Shown: positions 1 through 10,069 of the stretch, piece after piece
Numbering within the stretch: the stretch's first letter is position 1
How the letters are laid out: each line of letters starts with the position of its first letter
Assembly: GCA_037142615.1 (NCBI GenBank)
Contig: JBAXAI010000023.1
Span: forward strand, 1 to 61,725
DNA from: Spirochaetales bacterium
GTDB lineage: Bacteria; Spirochaetota; Spirochaetia; JABEVK01
Reading direction: 5' to 3'
DNA length: 61,725 bases
Notes under the pieces: model-generated
The model's input: only the letters and a program-made list of their open reading frames with translations
Told to the model about the DNA's origin: nothing
Database searches by the model: none
Position numbers and translations under genes: made by a program

Positions 1-230
1 ACGAAAAGTTCGACCTGTACGAGCGCGGTGGTGTGCGCGAGTACTGGATCGTTGACCCTAACGGAAAGTGGATCCAGCAATACCTCCGCGAAGCAAGCGG
101 CAAGTTCGGTGTCGAGATCACTTTCGAGAAGACCGGCATGCTGGCCAGTGCCGTGTTGACGGGCTTCGAACTCGACGTGGGCGAAGTGTTCCTGGCAGGG
201 GAATTGCCTACCCCTGAGCCATCACCTTGA
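1..230 (+). CDS. Uma2/DUF820 family putative endonuclease (5' truncated)
   Basis: Frame open from the window edge: EKFDLYERGGVREYWIVDP...S-x-VL-x-GF-x-L, the typical Uma2 C-terminus. Confidence 0.85.
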   Translation, partial: EKFDLYERGGVREYWIVDPNGKWIQQYLREASGKFGVEITFEKTGMLASAVLTGFELDVGEVFLAGELPTPEPSP

Positions 231-966
231 CCAACGTCGCCGCGACCACCAGCAAAAACACCACACGGATGAACTTCGCCCCCCGCCTGAGCGCCAAGTG
301 GCTCCCGACCCACGCTCCGGCGGCTTGGGCGGCGCCCATCGCGAGGCCCACAATCCACAACACGTGGCCCTGCAGGGCAAAAATCGCCAGCGCGACGAGG
401 TTCGACGTGAAGTTGGAAACCTTGGTCTGAGCGGTGGCGACGGCGAGCTCACGTCCGAGCAGCGCGATGAGCGCCAACGTCCAAAACGTGCCGGTGCCGG
501 GCCCCAAAAAGCCATCGTAGAAACCCAGCGCGAGGCCGAACACCGCGAAAAAGGGTAGGGTCTTCCAGCGTGGCGCCGTCGAGGTCTGTCCCCATTCGGG
601 CTGAAAGAATACAAACGCCAGCACGAGCGCCAAAATCGCGGTGATGAGCCACCCGAGCCAGGCCGACGGCAAAAAGCCCACCGTGAGGGTTCCCGCGACA
701 GCCCCAGCCGCCGTGAAACCCACCGCTGGCAACACCTCCTCGCGGGGCACCAACCCGGCCCGGGCGTAGCGGTACAGCGCCATCCCGCTGCCAAAGCTCG
801 ACTGCAGCTTGTTGGTCCCCAGGGCCTCCAACGGCGAAAGTCCCGTCGCCAGCAGAACGGGCACCGTGATCAGGCCACCCCCGCCAGCAATGGCATCCAT
901 GAGCCCTGCGGCAAACGCGGCGGCAACGAGGGCCGCAAGGGGCCAAAAACTCAGCAAGTCGGGCAT
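208..966 (-). CDS. TSUP/TauE-SafE family sulfite exporter-like transporter (YfcA-like)
   Basis: DAIAGGGGLITVP, GTNKLQS and GFYDGFLGPGTGTF motifs; hydrophobic 252 aa. Confidence 0.9.
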   Translation of the reverse strand: MPDLLSFWPLAALVAAAFAAGLMDAIAGGGGLITVPVLLATGLSPLEALGTNKLQSSFGSGMALYRYARAGLVPREEVLPAVGFTAAGAVAGTLTVGFLPSAWLGWLITAILALVLAFVFFQPEWGQTSTAPRWKTLPFFAVFGLALGFYDGFLGPGTGTFWTLALIALLGRELAVATAQTKVSNFTSNLVALAIFALQGHVLWIVGLAMGAAQAAGAWVGSHLALRRGAKFIRVVFLLVVAATLVKVMAQG

Positions 967-994
967 GCCACAGGGTGCCCCGAATTGCGGTTTC

Positions 995-1023
995 TTGACA
1001 CCCCCCCGGCCGAGCCGGATAAT
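995..1023 (+). promoter_or_regulatory. sigma70-type promoter of murA (leaderless configuration)
   Basis: TTGACA 995-1000, 17-bp spacer, GATAAT 1018-1023, ATG at 1029, no Shine-Dalgarno. Confidence 0.7.
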
Positions 1024-1028
1024 GCCGC

Positions 1029-2312
1029 ATGCACAAGTACGTCATCGATGGGGGCCATCCCCTGAAGGGCCGCATCCGGGCGAACGGCAACAAGAACGCC
1101 GCTCTGCCCTGCGTGGCCGCCTGCCTTCTGACCAGCGAAACTGTCCGCCTCACCAACGTTCCCGAGATCGAGGACATTCTGGTCATGTTCGACATTCTGC
1201 GCGATTTGGGTTCCACCGTCGTCCACGAGGCGCCCAACACCTTCGCCGTCACCACCAGCAACATCGTCAAACACGACATTTCGGCGGAGCTGGCCAAGAG
1301 AGTCCGCGCCTCCATCCTGTTCGCCGGTCCCATGCTTGCCCGCGTCGGCAAGGTTGTCCTCCCGCCCCCCGGCGGCGACGTCATCGGCCGACGCCGGCTC
1401 GACACGCACTTCCTGGCCCTGAGCGAACTCGGCGCCCGCTTCGAAGTCGACACGGTGTACACCCTGACCGCCAATAAGCTCGTGGGCCTCGACCTGTTCC
1501 TCGATGAGGCCTCGGTCACCGGCACCGAAAACGCCATCATGGCCGCCGTCCTCGCCGAAGGCAAAACCATCCTCCAGAACGCGGCCGGCGAGCCGCACGT
1601 GCAGGACCTCTGCAACATGCTAAACGGCATGGGCGCCAAGATCCGCGGCATCGGCAGCAACATCCTCGAAATCGAAGGCGTCAAGACCCTCCACGGCACC
1701 GAGTTCCGCATCGGCACCGACTTTATGGAGGTCGGCTCGCTCATAGGCCTGGCGGCGTGCACCCACAGCGAACTCGTCATCGACGACGTGCAGCCCCAGC
1801 ATCTGCGCATGACCAAGCTCGGGTTCGCCAAACTCGGCATCTTCTGGGAGACCGAAGGGAGCTCGATCCGTGTGCCGGCCGGTCAGCCCATGAAGATTGT
1901 CAGCGACATGGGCGGTCAGATTCCGAAGATCGACGACAGCCCGTGGCCCGGGTTCCCGCCCGACATTCTGCCCATCATGACCGTGGTGGCCACGCAATGT
2001 CAGGGCACCATCCTTATCCACGACAAGATGTTCGAAAGCCGAATGTTCTGGGTCGACAAGCTCATCGGCATGGGCGCGGGCATCATTTTGTGCGACCCGC
2101 ACCGGGCCGTGGTGAGCGGTGCCTCGAGTCTGCAAGGCATGGATCTGGTGAGCCCCGACGTGCGCGCGGGCATGGCGCTCGTGATCGCGTCGCTGGCAGC
2201 CGAAGGGCGCAGCACCATCCAAAACGTTTACCAGATTGAACGTGGCTACGAGAACATCGCCACACGACTGGCGGCCCTGGGCGCGCGCATCCAGCGGGTA
2301 AAGCAGGACTGA
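1029..2312 (+). CDS. murA: UDP-N-acetylglucosamine 1-carboxyvinyltransferase (Asp-type active site)
   Basis: [44 protein letters not shown] motifs. Confidence 0.97.
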   Translation: MHKYVIDGGHPLKGRIRANGNKNAALPCVAACLLTSETVRLTNVPEIEDILVMFDILRDLGSTVVHEAPNTFAVTTSNIVKHDISAELAKRVRASILFAGPMLARVGKVVLPPPGGDVIGRRRLDTHFLALSELGARFEVDTVYTLTANKLVGLDLFLDEASVTGTENAIMAAVLAEGKTILQNAAGEPHVQDLCNMLNGMGAKIRGIGSNILEIEGVKTLHGTEFRIGTDFMEVGSLIGLAACTHSELVIDDVQPQHLRMTKLGFAKLGIFWETEGSSIRVPAGQPMKIVSDMGGQIPKIDDSPWPGFPPDILPIMTVVATQCQGTILIHDKMFESRMFWVDKLIGMGAGIILCDPHRAVVSGASSLQGMDLVSPDVRAGMALVIASLAAEGRSTIQNVYQIERGYENIATRLAALGARIQRVKQD

Positions 2313-2325
2313 ACGAGTGTCGCGC

Positions 2326-5106
2326 TTAGTGGCGCTCGATCCCGGTCATGCCTCTTGCCACGTACAAGTGCGCTGAGTTCAACCAAAGTCCTGGGGACGA
2401 CCAAGCGTTGCCTCCCGAGAGCGCCACGGTTTGGTCGAGCGTCGAGCTATGTCCGTTCACCTGCCCGGTGAGCACCTGGGTCGAGTCACCTACGGCCCAC
2501 CGAGGGCCAGACCGGAACAGGCTGACCGACCAGCCAGAGCCGCTGAGCGAGCCGAAAAGGGCATCGCTGAGAGTGCCGTCGGGTTTCACCCAGACGGTCC
2601 GAACCTCGAGGTCGGCGAGGGCGTAGTAGCCTGAACTGCCGAACACCAGCGCGGAAAACCCCGGGTCGCTCCAAGTGGCCTGCAACGCGCCCGAATGTTC
2701 CGCCGTGCCGACAATCCGCAGCCCGCTGGAATCTTCGACGACGCCAAGCAGGTGCGTTGTGGTCGTCTGGTCGTAGCTGGTCCAAGCCGACAGGTATTGC
2801 CCGGTGGCCGTCAGAAGGACCGGGTAGCCGGGGAAGTCGGCTTGCTTACCAAGGACCGCGCTCCCCGAAGCGAAGTCCCACTTCGTCCTCGTGACGCGCC
2901 CGAAGCCGTCGCGGCCGGCGACAGTTTCCCAGGTGAACAAGTCAATGAGGGTGCCCGAGCCGAGGGCCGTGAACCCGCCGCCGGTGGCGGTGGTCGTCGC
3001 CGCGCCGGTCGAACCAATTCGGCTCACCGCGCCGTGAAACAGATAGACGGCCTGGTCTGTGCCCGAAGGTTCCGAGGTGTCGAAGAAGCTCGCTCCACCC
3101 GACGAAGCTCCGCCTGGAGCCCAGTTCGTGGAATCGACAAGTGTGATCGGGTCACCCACGAGGGACGGGGTTCCGCTGAGGTCAATCCGGACGACGACAG
3201 CCGTTGCTTGATAACTGTTGGCCGAGTTGGTCCAGGAACCATACGAACTGGCCAACAAGTAGAGTGTTGAGTTCTCGAGCCGAATCCCCCCGGTTCCAAG
3301 GCGGTACCAAAGGGAATCGCCCGAACTAAGCGTGGCAGGCAGCACGAGCTCGCTGGTGTGGCCAGCCGAAGCCCAAGCTTCGAGAGCGAAGGTCTGCAGG
3401 ACCAGCTTTCCGTCACGGTTCACGAGCTTGAGTCCGCGACCGCCGATTTCTGCCGCCCAGGCGATGTCTTCGGCCAAAACCGTCTCGGAAACGAGGCTGG
3501 GCGTGCTTCCGAGCTGCCACGTCTGAAGGCGGTCGGCCGCATAGGTGTAGACCACGCCGGCAACGCTCGAAGCTAGCGTCCTCTCCACGTCGCCCGAGTT
3601 GGGAAGCAGGCACCGTTGGCTCAAGGTGCCGCTGGCGTAGTCCACGATGGCGACATTGTAGGTGGCCTGGTAGGTTTGCTGGTTCCAACTCGCGTATGGG
3701 AGCGCGAAGGCACCCAGGCCGTCCAGGTGATTCACCCGCTTCCAGTCCCAGTTGGCACCCGACCAGGTTGACCCCAAACCATCGCCCAGAAACACGTCTG
3801 CGCCGACTTGAGCCATCGCGGAGGGGTGAGAGATGTCGTAGAGGCTGGCCTTGACTTTCCAACCGGCGCCACTGTCAACGCCAATCGCAAACAACCGCTT
3901 CCCGGCTGTCGTGTTAACAACTTGCAAGTACGTCGAGTAGCCGGGCACCGTCAGTTCCGCGCCCACCTTGACCGGGTTCACCGGGTCCGCCAGCGAAACG
4001 CAGAACAGGGGATCTTTTTGAAGGAAGGTGACAACGTAGCACTCGGTGCCATCGAAGCGGCTCGCAAACAGACTCTCGCCGGTGCCCAGGACCAAGCCGG
4101 TGTTCTCATGAGACAAGGGAGTCGCGCCGGTAAAGTCGACGCTGAACACCTTGGTGGAGCGGTTGCTCCAGTCGGACGACCAGACCATCTCGACTACCCT
4201 CAGGATTCCTGCGGCGTCGTCGAGTTTGAAGCGGTCCTGAATGTAACCGCCAATCGCCACGGACTTCGGATTCGGGGCCAAGGTGCCGTCGGCCAAGATT
4301 CCATAGCGCGTCAGGGTAGACCCGCTTCCGCTTCCGGCACCGCTGGAGGCCACGTAGACGGCCGTTTCACTGATGCAGACGGCCGAGCTGGAACCCGGAA
4401 CGCTGAACTGCGACAACTTTTGACCCGTGCCGAGGTCAACCGCCCAAACACTGGCCTGAAACGACGAAGGCCCGGCAAACATTCCCGTGGCCACGGCCAC
4501 CGGAGACGACACCGAACTAGAGGAGCCCGCACCGGTGGTTGCCGAAGACCCCACCCATTCGTTGGTCGCGACGAAAAGGACCGAGCCTGAACCCACGTGG
4601 GAAACCACCCGCGAGTCGAGGATGGAGCCGCCAAGGGTGACGGTTCCGGTAGCGCTGAGGGTCCCGGCGGCCGCTTTGCTGGCAAAGGTGACCAGACTGG
4701 AAGTGCTGGCCCCTCCGGGATTCGACAGCACGGCGAGCCGGGTGCCGGCGTCAACCATTTCGTAGGGTGTTCCCTGCAAAGCAAGGGTGCCCGCAAGGCT
4801 GGGAGCCTGGGGGTTGGCCACATCGAGCGCCATCAGTCCTTTCCAGAGGTTGGCAACGTAGAGAGTGTGGTTGGCGGTATCGCTGAAGTAGATATCGGTG
4901 TCGGCCACCGATCGCAGGGACGGGTCGCTCGACGGGCTTTGGGCCGAAGTGGCCAGGTCCGTGGCTCCTAGTTTGTTGGAGTAGGGCGCCGGAGTCAGCC
5001 ACCCGAGCGCCCCGTCCTTGACGGGCCCGGTGTTCCCGCTCGGCAGAAAGAGCGAACACGAGGATAACAGCAAGAGTACCGCGGTGAAAACCAAGGCTTG
5101 CTTCAT
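2326..5106 (-). CDS. Beta-propeller domain-containing lipoprotein (Beta_propel-like)
   Basis: Lipobox LLSSC; GESLFASRFDG..YVVTFLQKDPLFCVSLADPVNP..ELTVPGYSTYL signature; Ser/Thr/Gly-rich. Confidence 0.8.
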   Translation of the reverse strand: MKQALVFTAVLLLLSSCSLFLPSGNTGPVKDGALGWLTPAPYSNKLGATDLATSAQSPSSDPSLRSVADTDIYFSDTANHTLYVANLWKGLMALDVANPQAPSLAGTLALQGTPYEMVDAGTRLAVLSNPGGASTSSLVTFASKAAAGTLSATGTVTLGGSILDSRVVSHVGSGSVLFVATNEWVGSSATTGAGSSSSVSSPVAVATGMFAGPSSFQASVWAVDLGTGQKLSQFSVPGSSSAVCISETAVYVASSGAGSGSGSTLTRYGILADGTLAPNPKSVAIGGYIQDRFKLDDAAGILRVVEMVWSSDWSNRSTKVFSVDFTGATPLSHENTGLVLGTGESLFASRFDGTECYVVTFLQKDPLFCVSLADPVNPVKVGAELTVPGYSTYLQVVNTTAGKRLFAIGVDSGAGWKVKASLYDISHPSAMAQVGADVFLGDGLGSTWSGANWDWKRVNHLDGLGAFALPYASWNQQTYQATYNVAIVDYASGTLSQRCLLPNSGDVERTLASSVAGVVYTYAADRLQTWQLGSTPSLVSETVLAEDIAWAAEIGGRGLKLVNRDGKLVLQTFALEAWASAGHTSELVLPATLSSGDSLWYRLGTGGIRLENSTLYLLASSYGSWTNSANSYQATAVVVRIDLSGTPSLVGDPITLVDSTNWAPGGASSGGASFFDTSEPSGTDQAVYLFHGAVSRIGSTGAATTTATGGGFTALGSGTLIDLFTWETVAGRDGFGRVTRTKWDFASGSAVLGKQADFPGYPVLLTATGQYLSAWTSYDQTTTTHLLGVVEDSSGLRIVGTAEHSGALQATWSDPGFSALVFGSSGYYALADLEVRTVWVKPDGTLSDALFGSLSGSGWSVSLFRSGPRWAVGDSTQVLTGQVNGHSSTLDQTVALSGGNAWSSPGLWLNSAHLYVARGMTGIERH

Positions 5107-5147
5107 ATCTCCAATTCTACCACCAGGTTGACCGTTTCACAACGCTC

Positions 5148-6038
5148 TCAGAACTCAAACGCGGTGTAGTACTCCAGGCGGTGGTATTGTACCGCCTTCG
5201 TCTTCTCGTACAGGCTCTTGCGGAACATATGCGGGCTTTGCAGGTTGTGGGGCATCATGTCGTAGTGCGCCGGCAGGACGACCTTGGGGTGCACCAAGGC
5301 GGTGATTTCGGCCGCCTCCCAGTGGCTCAAGTTGTGGTACCCGCCGTTGATGCAGATGCTCATCACTTCGGGGTGAAAGCTCTTCACGTGTTCCAAGAGC
5401 GACGACTGGGCGGTATCGCCGGAGTTGTAGTAGGCCTTGCCCCCCGGAAAGCGCATCACGAAGCCCATATGGTTGAGATCGGTGAAGTCGGTAGGCTCAG
5501 CAAAGGTGCCCGTGAACTCGATTCCCGGCACGCCGTCACCAAAGGCCACCGTCTCGGTCTGCAGCGGGTGCATCATTGTTTGCTGGGCGACAGGGATGCC
5601 GGCGTCGGTCATCACTTTGAGCGTCTGCCATGGGGCCAAGAAGCGCGCCGACTTCTTGATCGTCAACCGTTCGAGCGTGAACGGGTCGGCATGATCGATG
5701 TGGCTGTGGGTGAGCACCACGACATCGACCTTGAGGTCTTCGGGTTCGATGAAAATGGGCAACAGCCGGCTCTTGGCCACGCGGGTCTTGGTGCGTTTGC
5801 TGGCCGCGAAATCGGTCAGGTAGGGGTCGATCGCGACCAACCGGCCCGGGCCACTGGCCGTGGCGGGTCCCTTCAGAATCCAGGCGTTCTGCCCCAAATG
5901 CCAAAGCGCCGTCTTGCCGGGAGCCGGTTCGTACGCCGCAATATGAGCCATAAACTCGCCGGATTGATACTTCTGTTCTACCGGCCTGGGAAAGTGAAGG
6001 TCTTCGTGGGGGTCGAAATCGACAATCGGAAAATCCAT
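5148..6038 (-). CDS. MBL-fold metallo-hydrolase (UlaG-like)
   Basis: WHLGQ, IDPYL, THSHIDHAD, YNSGDT, PAHYDM; start reassigned to ATG 6038. Confidence 0.88.
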   Translation of the reverse strand: MDFPIVDFDPHEDLHFPRPVEQKYQSGEFMAHIAAYEPAPGKTALWHLGQNAWILKGPATASGPGRLVAIDPYLTDFAASKRTKTRVAKSRLLPIFIEPEDLKVDVVVLTHSHIDHADPFTLERLTIKKSARFLAPWQTLKVMTDAGIPVAQQTMMHPLQTETVAFGDGVPGIEFTGTFAEPTDFTDLNHMGFVMRFPGGKAYYNSGDTAQSSLLEHVKSFHPEVMSICINGGYHNLSHWEAAEITALVHPKVVLPAHYDMMPHNLQSPHMFRKSLYEKTKAVQYHRLEYYTAFEF

Positions 6039-6086
6039 ACCGCCATAGTAATGGATTAAAACCGGTGGCGCTACTATCCTGAAAAC

Positions 6087-7625
6087 ATGCAACAACGCTT
6101 TGCCCGTCTCGTCGTGGCGCTGACCGAGGGTGTTCTCGAGCGCGAAAAAGCCCTTTCGCTGGCCCTGCTGGCTCTGCTGGCCGGCGAAAGTCTGTTCCTT
6201 CTCGGTCCGCCCGGCGTCGCCAAAAGCCTGGTGGCGCGTCGGCTCAAGTCGGCCTTCGCGGGGGCCAGGGCCTTTGAGTACCTCATGGGCCGCTTTTCGA
6301 CCCCGGAAGAGATTTTTGGGCCGCTGAGCATCGCGGGCCTGCGCGACCGCGACGTGTTCGAGCGGAAGACGGCTGGCTATTTGCCCGAAGCCGACATTGC
6401 CTTCCTGGATGAGATTTGGCGCTCCAGCCCACCCATTCAGAACTCGCTGCTGACCATTTTGAACGAGAAGGTGTTCCGCAACGGGGGCAACGAGCTCAAG
6501 GTGCCGCTCAAGCTGCTCATTGCCGCTTCGAACGGTCTGCCCGAAAACGAAGAGAACGCCGAAGCCTTTTGGGACCGTTTTGTGCTGCGCCTCGAAGTGG
6601 CCCCTGTCGCGTCAAACGAAGCTTTCCGAGCCTTGGTCAGCGGGAGTTCAAGGCTCGACGCGCCCGACGTCAGCGCGGCCGACCAACTCGACCAGGCCAC
6701 CTGGCAGCATTTTCAAGGTGAACTCGACGCCGTGGCCTTGCCCCAAGAAGTCCTCGCTACGCTCGAGGCCTTGCGCGAGAGCCTCGACGAAGGCCCGTAC
6801 GTGTCGGATCGGCGGTGGAAGCGCGCCGCGAAGATCCTCAAGGCCAGCGCGCTCGTGCACGGCCGCAACGAAGTTGACAGCCTCGACTTGGGTCTTTTGG
6901 AGCACATGTTGTGGCACAAGCCTGCCGAGCGGTCTGAAATCGTCCGTCTGCTGCTCGAAACTCTGGCCGATTTCGGCTGGCCGAGCCCGCTTTCGCTCGC
7001 TACTCTGGCCGATCAAGTCGAAGTCCAACGCGAGGAACTTCGTCGGCTCACGCTCAAGGAGCGCAAGCTCAGCCGCCCCAAACCCGTGTTGCAAGACGGC
7101 GAGTACTTCCAGCTGATCGGTTACGCGGGCAAGTTCTCAGCCCGAGTTTGGGCGCAGGACTACCAGATCCTCAAGACCGAAGAAGACCTCGAAGGTGAGC
7201 TGTTCTTCTTCACGCCGTTCGGGCCCTTTCAGCACAGCGAAAAGCACCTGCTGAGGGCCACCGGTGGTCCTGCCGAGCTCGAGGTCGACGGCCGGTTATA
7301 CAGCCTGGAGAGTCACCCCGAGGAAGTCACGCTTTGGGACAAAGTGCTCCCCGACGGCCCGGCGCTGAAGGCCTGGGAAAAACGTGCCGAGGCCTTGGCC
7401 CAGGAACTGCTGGCCGCTCGCAACCAACTGGAAGCTCTGGCCGAGTGCCGCTACGCCGAGGCAGCCAACCACCTGTTCTGCGGACGCGGTGCCGGTTCGA
7501 TAACCGACTGGTCGCTTGCCTGTCGGCAGAGCCTCGACCGCGACGCCCTTTCGGCCGGCGACCTGCTGGTCGACCTGGAAACGCTGATCGAAACCCGCAA
7601 CCCCGGCGAAAGCCGCCGAGGCTGA
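6087..7625 (+). CDS. ravA: MoxR-family AAA+ ATPase, RavA-like
   Basis: GPPGVAKSLVARRLK, FEYLMGRFSTPEEIFGPLS, FLDEIW, SDRRWKR; adjacent VWA gene. Confidence 0.88.
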   Translation: MQQRFARLVVALTEGVLEREKALSLALLALLAGESLFLLGPPGVAKSLVARRLKSAFAGARAFEYLMGRFSTPEEIFGPLSIAGLRDRDVFERKTAGYLPEADIAFLDEIWRSSPPIQNSLLTILNEKVFRNGGNELKVPLKLLIAASNGLPENEENAEAFWDRFVLRLEVAPVASNEAFRALVSGSSRLDAPDVSAADQLDQATWQHFQGELDAVALPQEVLATLEALRESLDEGPYVSDRRWKRAAKILKASALVHGRNEVDSLDLGLLEHMLWHKPAERSEIVRLLLETLADFGWPSPLSLATLADQVEVQREELRRLTLKERKLSRPKPVLQDGEYFQLIGYAGKFSARVWAQDYQILKTEEDLEGELFFFTPFGPFQHSEKHLLRATGGPAELEVDGRLYSLESHPEEVTLWDKVLPDGPALKAWEKRAEALAQELLAARNQLEALAECRYAEAANHLFCGRGAGSITDWSLACRQSLDRDALSAGDLLVDLETLIETRNPGESRRG

Positions 7626-7629
7626 CACC

Positions 7630-9033
7630 GTGAGTTTGGACCAGGAACTTGCGCGCCGACTGCCCGACGAAGCCTACCTGCGGCGCTGGTTCGCGCACCG
7701 GGAGCACCTGTGGCCGTGGGATGCCTCGCAAGCAGAGGAAACTTCCCGCTGGGCCGAAAAAACCGCCCGGGCCGTGGAGCTTTGGGTCAAGCGGCAGGCG
7801 GCGGGCGAGTCGGGGCCACTGGACCGCCAGGAAGACCGGTTGCTGGCCGAGGTGCAGTCGGGAACCTTGACGCCGAAAGACGCCTCGACCTTCCTGACAA
7901 CCCTGTACCCCCAACGAACCCAAGAATGGCAAGCGCACGGCAATCATCCCCGGGCCCTCGTGCGTGCCTGGACGCAAGAACGCCGGGAAAGGCAAACCGA
8001 GGCCCGCAACCGCCGCCGTGCCGTCGACCTGCCCGAGTTCCACCAGAAGCTTCTGGTTCGCGTCAAAAAGCTGCTCGAAGCCGAAGAGGCCGTAAAAGCC
8101 GTGCTCACCGACCGCGACATCGGTTGGGACCTCGATCAGGGGGTGTGGGACTCGCTCGACTTCGGACCGTTGCTCAAGGCCTCGGCCGAGCTCGAAAAAG
8201 AACCCGCCCTCCGGCGCATCGCAGAACTTCTGGGCCGCGATTACCGGGCAAAAAGCAAGCCGCCGGTCCCTCCACCCCTGCCACCACAAGCCAATCCCGA
8301 GCCGGAGCCGGGCAAAACCGAAATCCGGGGGGTCACGTTTGGCGCCGAGTGGAGCACGGCGCTGAGCAGTGAACTGGCCTTGCTCGCTTTTCCCGACACC
8401 AGCGTGCTGTTCTACCGCAAGGCCGCTGAAGGGGAATTGCTTTCCTGGGATCACTTTACGCCAGCGCCCCCGGCGGTGCTGCAAGACAAGCGCAGCGACG
8501 TCCGCCAGCAGAAGAACGACCGCGGCCCGCTGATCGTGTGCCTCGACACCTCGGGTTCGATGCGCGGCAAGCCCGAAGAAGTGGCCAAAACCGCCGTTCT
8601 TGCCTTGGTTCGCGTCGCCCTCGAAGAAGAGCGCCCCTGCTTTTTGATCAACTTTTCGGCTACGGTGCGCACGCTCGAGGTCACCGATTTGGCGAGGCAC
8701 TTGCCCGGGCTGATCCACTTTCTGGAGTTCAGTTTCCACGGGGGGACAGACCTCGCCCCGGCGCTGCGCGAAACGCTCAAAGTGCTCGAAGACGGCCGTT
8801 TCCGCGATGCCGACGTGCTGGTGTGCAGCGACTTCGCTGTGCCCAAGATCCCCGCCCCGATCCGTCAGGCGATACGGCGGCAGCAGGAATCCCGAGGAAC
8901 TCGGTTCTACTCCCTGACAGTCTCGGTGCGTCCGCTCAACGATTTTTTGAACATTTTCGACGCAGGTTGGGTGTACAACATCCACCCCTACCAAACCAAC
9001 GGCATTGCCCCGGAGAGTCTGGAGGCGCTGTAA
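7630..9033 (+). CDS. viaA: VWA domain protein, ViaA-like partner of RavA
   Basis: GPLIVCLDTSGSMRG MIDAS motif, FHGGTD, ADVLVCSDF; directly downstream of ravA. Confidence 0.8.
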   Translation: MSLDQELARRLPDEAYLRRWFAHREHLWPWDASQAEETSRWAEKTARAVELWVKRQAAGESGPLDRQEDRLLAEVQSGTLTPKDASTFLTTLYPQRTQEWQAHGNHPRALVRAWTQERRERQTEARNRRRAVDLPEFHQKLLVRVKKLLEAEEAVKAVLTDRDIGWDLDQGVWDSLDFGPLLKASAELEKEPALRRIAELLGRDYRAKSKPPVPPPLPPQANPEPEPGKTEIRGVTFGAEWSTALSSELALLAFPDTSVLFYRKAAEGELLSWDHFTPAPPAVLQDKRSDVRQQKNDRGPLIVCLDTSGSMRGKPEEVAKTAVLALVRVALEEERPCFLINFSATVRTLEVTDLARHLPGLIHFLEFSFHGGTDLAPALRETLKVLEDGRFRDADVLVCSDFAVPKIPAPIRQAIRRQQESRGTRFYSLTVSVRPLNDFLNIFDAGWVYNIHPYQTNGIAPESLEAL

Positions 9034-9045
9034 AGCCGCCGAGGT

Positions 9046-10059
9046 CTATCGGCGTTTGCGTGGACCCGATGCTTTGGGCGGCGTTTTGGCGGCTTCAGCC
9101 AGCTTCGCTTTCTTGTCCAAAGAACCGCAGACCACCAGCCAAACCGCACCGATAACGATCATCGCCGCGCACAGAATCTGCCCCATGCTGAAGTTGAACA
9201 ACGGGACGGTCAGTTGGCTGGTGCTGAAGCCCGGCTGCAGCGTGATAATGAAGTCGAGGCCCTTGTCGGGATTGCGGAAGTACTCGATGACAAAACGGAT
9301 CACCCCGTAGCCGATCAGGTAGGCTCCCACCAGAAAGCCCTTGAAGGGTTTGTTTGGCCGCAACAGGAACCACAAGATCAGCCACAGGAGCAAGCCTTCG
9401 CCGAGTGCCTCGTACAACTGCGACGGGTGCCTGGGCAGGTTGACCGACTCGACACCGCCATACATAAACGTCTGCGTGACACCGGTTTGCTGCATCGCAT
9501 CGGCCACCCAAGCTTCCTTCACCGGCAGCGGCTCGCCGTTGGGGAACACCATGCCCCACGGAGCTGCGGTCACCCGGCCCCACAGCTCGGAATTGATGAA
9601 GTTCCCGAGTCGGCCGAAGAGGTAACCCAGCGGAGCCCCCGCCACCACCCAGTCGCCCCACAGCAAAATGTCGATCTTCTTGAGTCCGGCGTAGAGGAAC
9701 AATCCGAGGACGATGCCCAGCACCGCGCCGTGGTACGACATGCCTGCAAAGCCGGTGAACGTGCCATCAGCGCCAAAGGGCCAGAAAATCAACCACGGTT
9801 GGGCCCAGTAGCGCCCGGTCGTGTCGTAGATGAGCGTCGCGAAAATGCGGGCCCCGACCAGCATGCCGGCCAAACCCGAAAAGAAGAAGTTCTGTACCTG
9901 GTTGGTGTCGAACTGGAGCCCACTGGCCTTAGCCTGCCGTAGAAACAGCGCGTAGGTGATCAAGAAGGCGAGGATGTACATCAGGCCGTACCAGCGGATC
10001 GGAAGGCCGGGGATGATCTCGGGTTTGATCCAGTCGGGGAATGTCAGAAACAGGGGCAT
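9046..10059 (-). CDS. lgt: Prolipoprotein diacylglyceryl transferase
   Basis: IRWYGLMY, GMSYHG, GRLGNFINSELWGR, RHPSQLYE; ATG 10059 with GGAGG upstream. Confidence 0.96.
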   Translation of the reverse strand: MPLFLTFPDWIKPEIIPGLPIRWYGLMYILAFLITYALFLRQAKASGLQFDTNQVQNFFFSGLAGMLVGARIFATLIYDTTGRYWAQPWLIFWPFGADGTFTGFAGMSYHGAVLGIVLGLFLYAGLKKIDILLWGDWVVAGAPLGYLFGRLGNFINSELWGRVTAAPWGMVFPNGEPLPVKEAWVADAMQQTGVTQTFMYGGVESVNLPRHPSQLYEALGEGLLLWLILWFLLRPNKPFKGFLVGAYLIGYGVIRFVIEYFRNPDKGLDFIITLQPGFSTSQLTVPLFNFSMGQILCAAMIVIGAVWLVVCGSLDKKAKLAEAAKTPPKASGPRKRR

Positions 10060-10069
10060 GGGACCTCCG

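Noticed and set aside
1-230. Uma2 nuclease as a marker of a defence island or mobile element
   Set aside because: Uma2 genes are common stand-alone genes, the flank is housekeeping, and no integrase or transposase is visible.
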